IMG/VR virus record: IMGVR_UViG_3300029319_000023
Source of the DNA: an uncultured virus (IMG/VR IMGVR_UViG_3300029319_000023)
Lineage: Duplodnaviria; Heunggongvirae; Uroviricota; Caudoviricetes
Length of the DNA stretch: 64,000 nt
Strand: one strand, 5' to 3'
In this document: positions 62,586 through 64,000 of the stretch, one piece after another
Numbering within the stretch: the first letter of the stretch is position 1
Layout: every line of letters starts with the position of its first letter
Made by a program: the position numbers and the translations under genes
Notes under the pieces: generated by a model
The model's input: the letters and a program-made list of their open reading frames with translations, nothing else
Told to the model about the DNA's origin: nothing
The model's database searches: none

Positions 62586-63095
62586 ATGAAAAGTTTTAAA
62601 CAGTTTATGTTAGAGGGTAACCCCACTACCCGTATGATGACAAAGGCAAAGACACAGCAGACTGGTAACATTGCTGCTGATCGTGGAACTGATGAAAAGA
62701 AAAATAGAGAAAGTAGAAAGTCTCTTGAAAAAGATTTAAAAAAGAAAGGGATTGGGTACAAAAAAGGAGTTGGTGAATATAAGTATTCATCAGGTGAAGG
62801 AACAGGACGTGAGGTTTCATACCAAACAAGTCCTGGTAAAGGAATGTCTAAGAGACGTTTTGGTAAGGTAATGCGTCGTCTTGGTAGAAAACATGGTCAA
62901 GAGACTGTAATTACAAAGGATAAAAACAAACCTGCAAGATTACATGACACTGAATCTAAGAAACCAAAACCCTCTGGAAATCTAGGTAAGACAACACCTG
63001 GTAAGCATCCTAAAGGTTATGGTGAAACTTCTGGTACAAAAGTAAGAAGTGGAAAACTAGGTAAGACTAACAAACCTACATATCATTATAGTTAA
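62586..63095 (+). CDS. Basic protein with capsid-targeting-like N-terminus (MKSFKQFMLE)
   Basis: ATG at 62586 follows the upstream stop; N-terminus resembles the T4 internal-protein capsid targeting sequence. Confidence 0.7.
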   Translation: MKSFKQFMLEGNPTTRMMTKAKTQQTGNIAADRGTDEKKNRESRKSLEKDLKKKGIGYKKGVGEYKYSSGEGTGREVSYQTSPGKGMSKRRFGKVMRRLGRKHGQETVITKDKNKPARLHDTESKKPKPSGNLGKTTPGKHPKGYGETSGTKVRSGKLGKTNKPTYHYS

Positions 63096-63104
63096 AAAAT
63101 AAAA

Positions 63105-63182
63105 ATGCCAGCTGTTGTTATTATTGTTGTTGTGCTCATCGTCGCTACAGGAGCACTTATAAGGTATTACGATCCACATTAA
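63105..63182 (+). CDS. Tiny hydrophobic peptide (25 aa)
   Basis: MPAVVIIVVVLIVATGALIRYYDPH fills the gap before gp17. Confidence 0.45.
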   Translation: MPAVVIIVVVLIVATGALIRYYDPH

Positions 63183-63185
63183 ATT

Positions 63186-64000
63186 ATGAGTGATAATGTA
63201 TATCTTGGCAATCCGAATCTAAAAAGAGCAAATACTCAAATTCAATTTACAGAGGATCAAGTTATTGAGTTCCTCAAATGTAAAGATGATCCTGTATATT
63301 TTGCCAGAAATCATGTAAAGATCGTTTCTCTTGATGAAGGAGAAGTTCCTTTTAAATTATATCCTTTCCAAGAGAAGTTAGTAAGAAGATTTCATGAGAA
63401 CAGATTTAATATCTGTAAGATGCCACGACAGACAGGTAAGTCTACAACCTGTGTATCGTATCTCTTACACTATGCTATTTTTAATGCTAATGTCAATATT
63501 GCTATTCTAGCAAACAAAGCATCAACTGCTAGAGATCTTTTAAACAGATTACAATTTGCATACGAAAAACTGCCCAAATGGATGCAGCAAGGAATCTTGG
63601 TGTATAATAAGGGTTCAATGGAATTAGAAAATGGATCTAAAATTATCGCCGCCAGCACGTCTGCATCTGCTGTCCGTGGCGGCTCCTATAATATCATCTT
63701 TCTTGACGAATTCGCGTTCATCCCGAATCACATTGCTGATCAATTCTTTGCCTCTGTTTACCCTACTATATCTTCTGGTAAAAACACAAAAGTCATAATG
63801 GTTTCTACCCCTCACGGGATGAATCATTTTTACAGATATTGGCATGATGCCGAGAGAGGAGAAAATGAATATGTACCTACAGAAGTTCATTGGTCAGAAG
63901 TACCAGGTAGAGATGATAAGTGGAGAGCACAAACAATCAAGAACACTTCTGAAGCACAGTTCAGAGTTGAGTTTGAATGTGAGTTCTTAGGATCTGTTGA
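63186..64000 (+). CDS. gp17: Terminase large subunit gp17 (runs off the window end; not in ORF track)
   Basis: MSDNVYLGNPNLKRAN...YPFQ...KMPRQTGKSTT (Walker A)...IFLDEFAFI (Walker B)...VSTPHGMNHFY. Confidence 0.97.
   Translation, partial: MSDNVYLGNPNLKRANTQIQFTEDQVIEFLKCKDDPVYFARNHVKIVSLDEGEVPFKLYPFQEKLVRRFHENRFNICKMPRQTGKSTTCVSYLLHYAIFNANVNIAILANKASTARDLLNRLQFAYEKLPKWMQQGILVYNKGSMELENGSKIIAASTSASAVRGGSYNIIFLDEFAFIPNHIADQFFASVYPTISSGKNTKVIMVSTPHGMNHFYRYWHDAERGENEYVPTEVHWSEVPGRDDKWRAQTIKNTSEAQFRVEFECEFLGSV

Noticed and set aside
63470..63890. Minus-strand ORFs at the window end
   Set aside because: Antisense to gp17, which the ORF track missed because its stop lies beyond the window.

Overview
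A 64 kb, AT-rich segment of a large T4-like marine cyanomyovirus. Gene content and order resemble P-SSM2-type Prochlorococcus/Synechococcus phages; this assignment is by family recognition, not by a database search. All credible genes but one are on the + strand. Layout: (1) 1-4.1 kb, two tail-fibre-like genes. (2) 4.1-16.4 kb, an accessory island with glutaredoxin-like, cupin, SNase-like nuclease, SF2 helicase, MamI-like endonuclease, N4C/N6A DNA methyltransferase, three 2OG-Fe(II) oxygenases and three tandem tail-collar proteins. (3) 16.4-17.9 kb, a minus-strand GIY-YIG endonuclease beside ten 13-bp quasi-palindromic repeats (candidate origin). (4) 17.9-22.4 kb, an early-gene-like region of small ORFs driven by a repeated GTGNCA-N10-TGNCAC + 30/31 nt + -10 promoter cassette, bracketed by two candidate structured RNAs. 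(5) 24.5-64 kb, the virion module: gp25, gp6, a 7120-aa gp7-like protein, gp8, a 2478-aa VrlC-like protein, gp13-gp16, putative internal head proteins and the 5' part of gp17. The most striking observations are the nested (bracket-like) repeat architecture in the giant gp7, a 74-aa insert with 24 Trp and 16 Arg in the VrlC-like protein, the repeat array with its outward-facing promoter, and a possible phage-borne restriction-modification pair. No tRNA, rRNA, CRISPR array or reverse transcriptase was seen.
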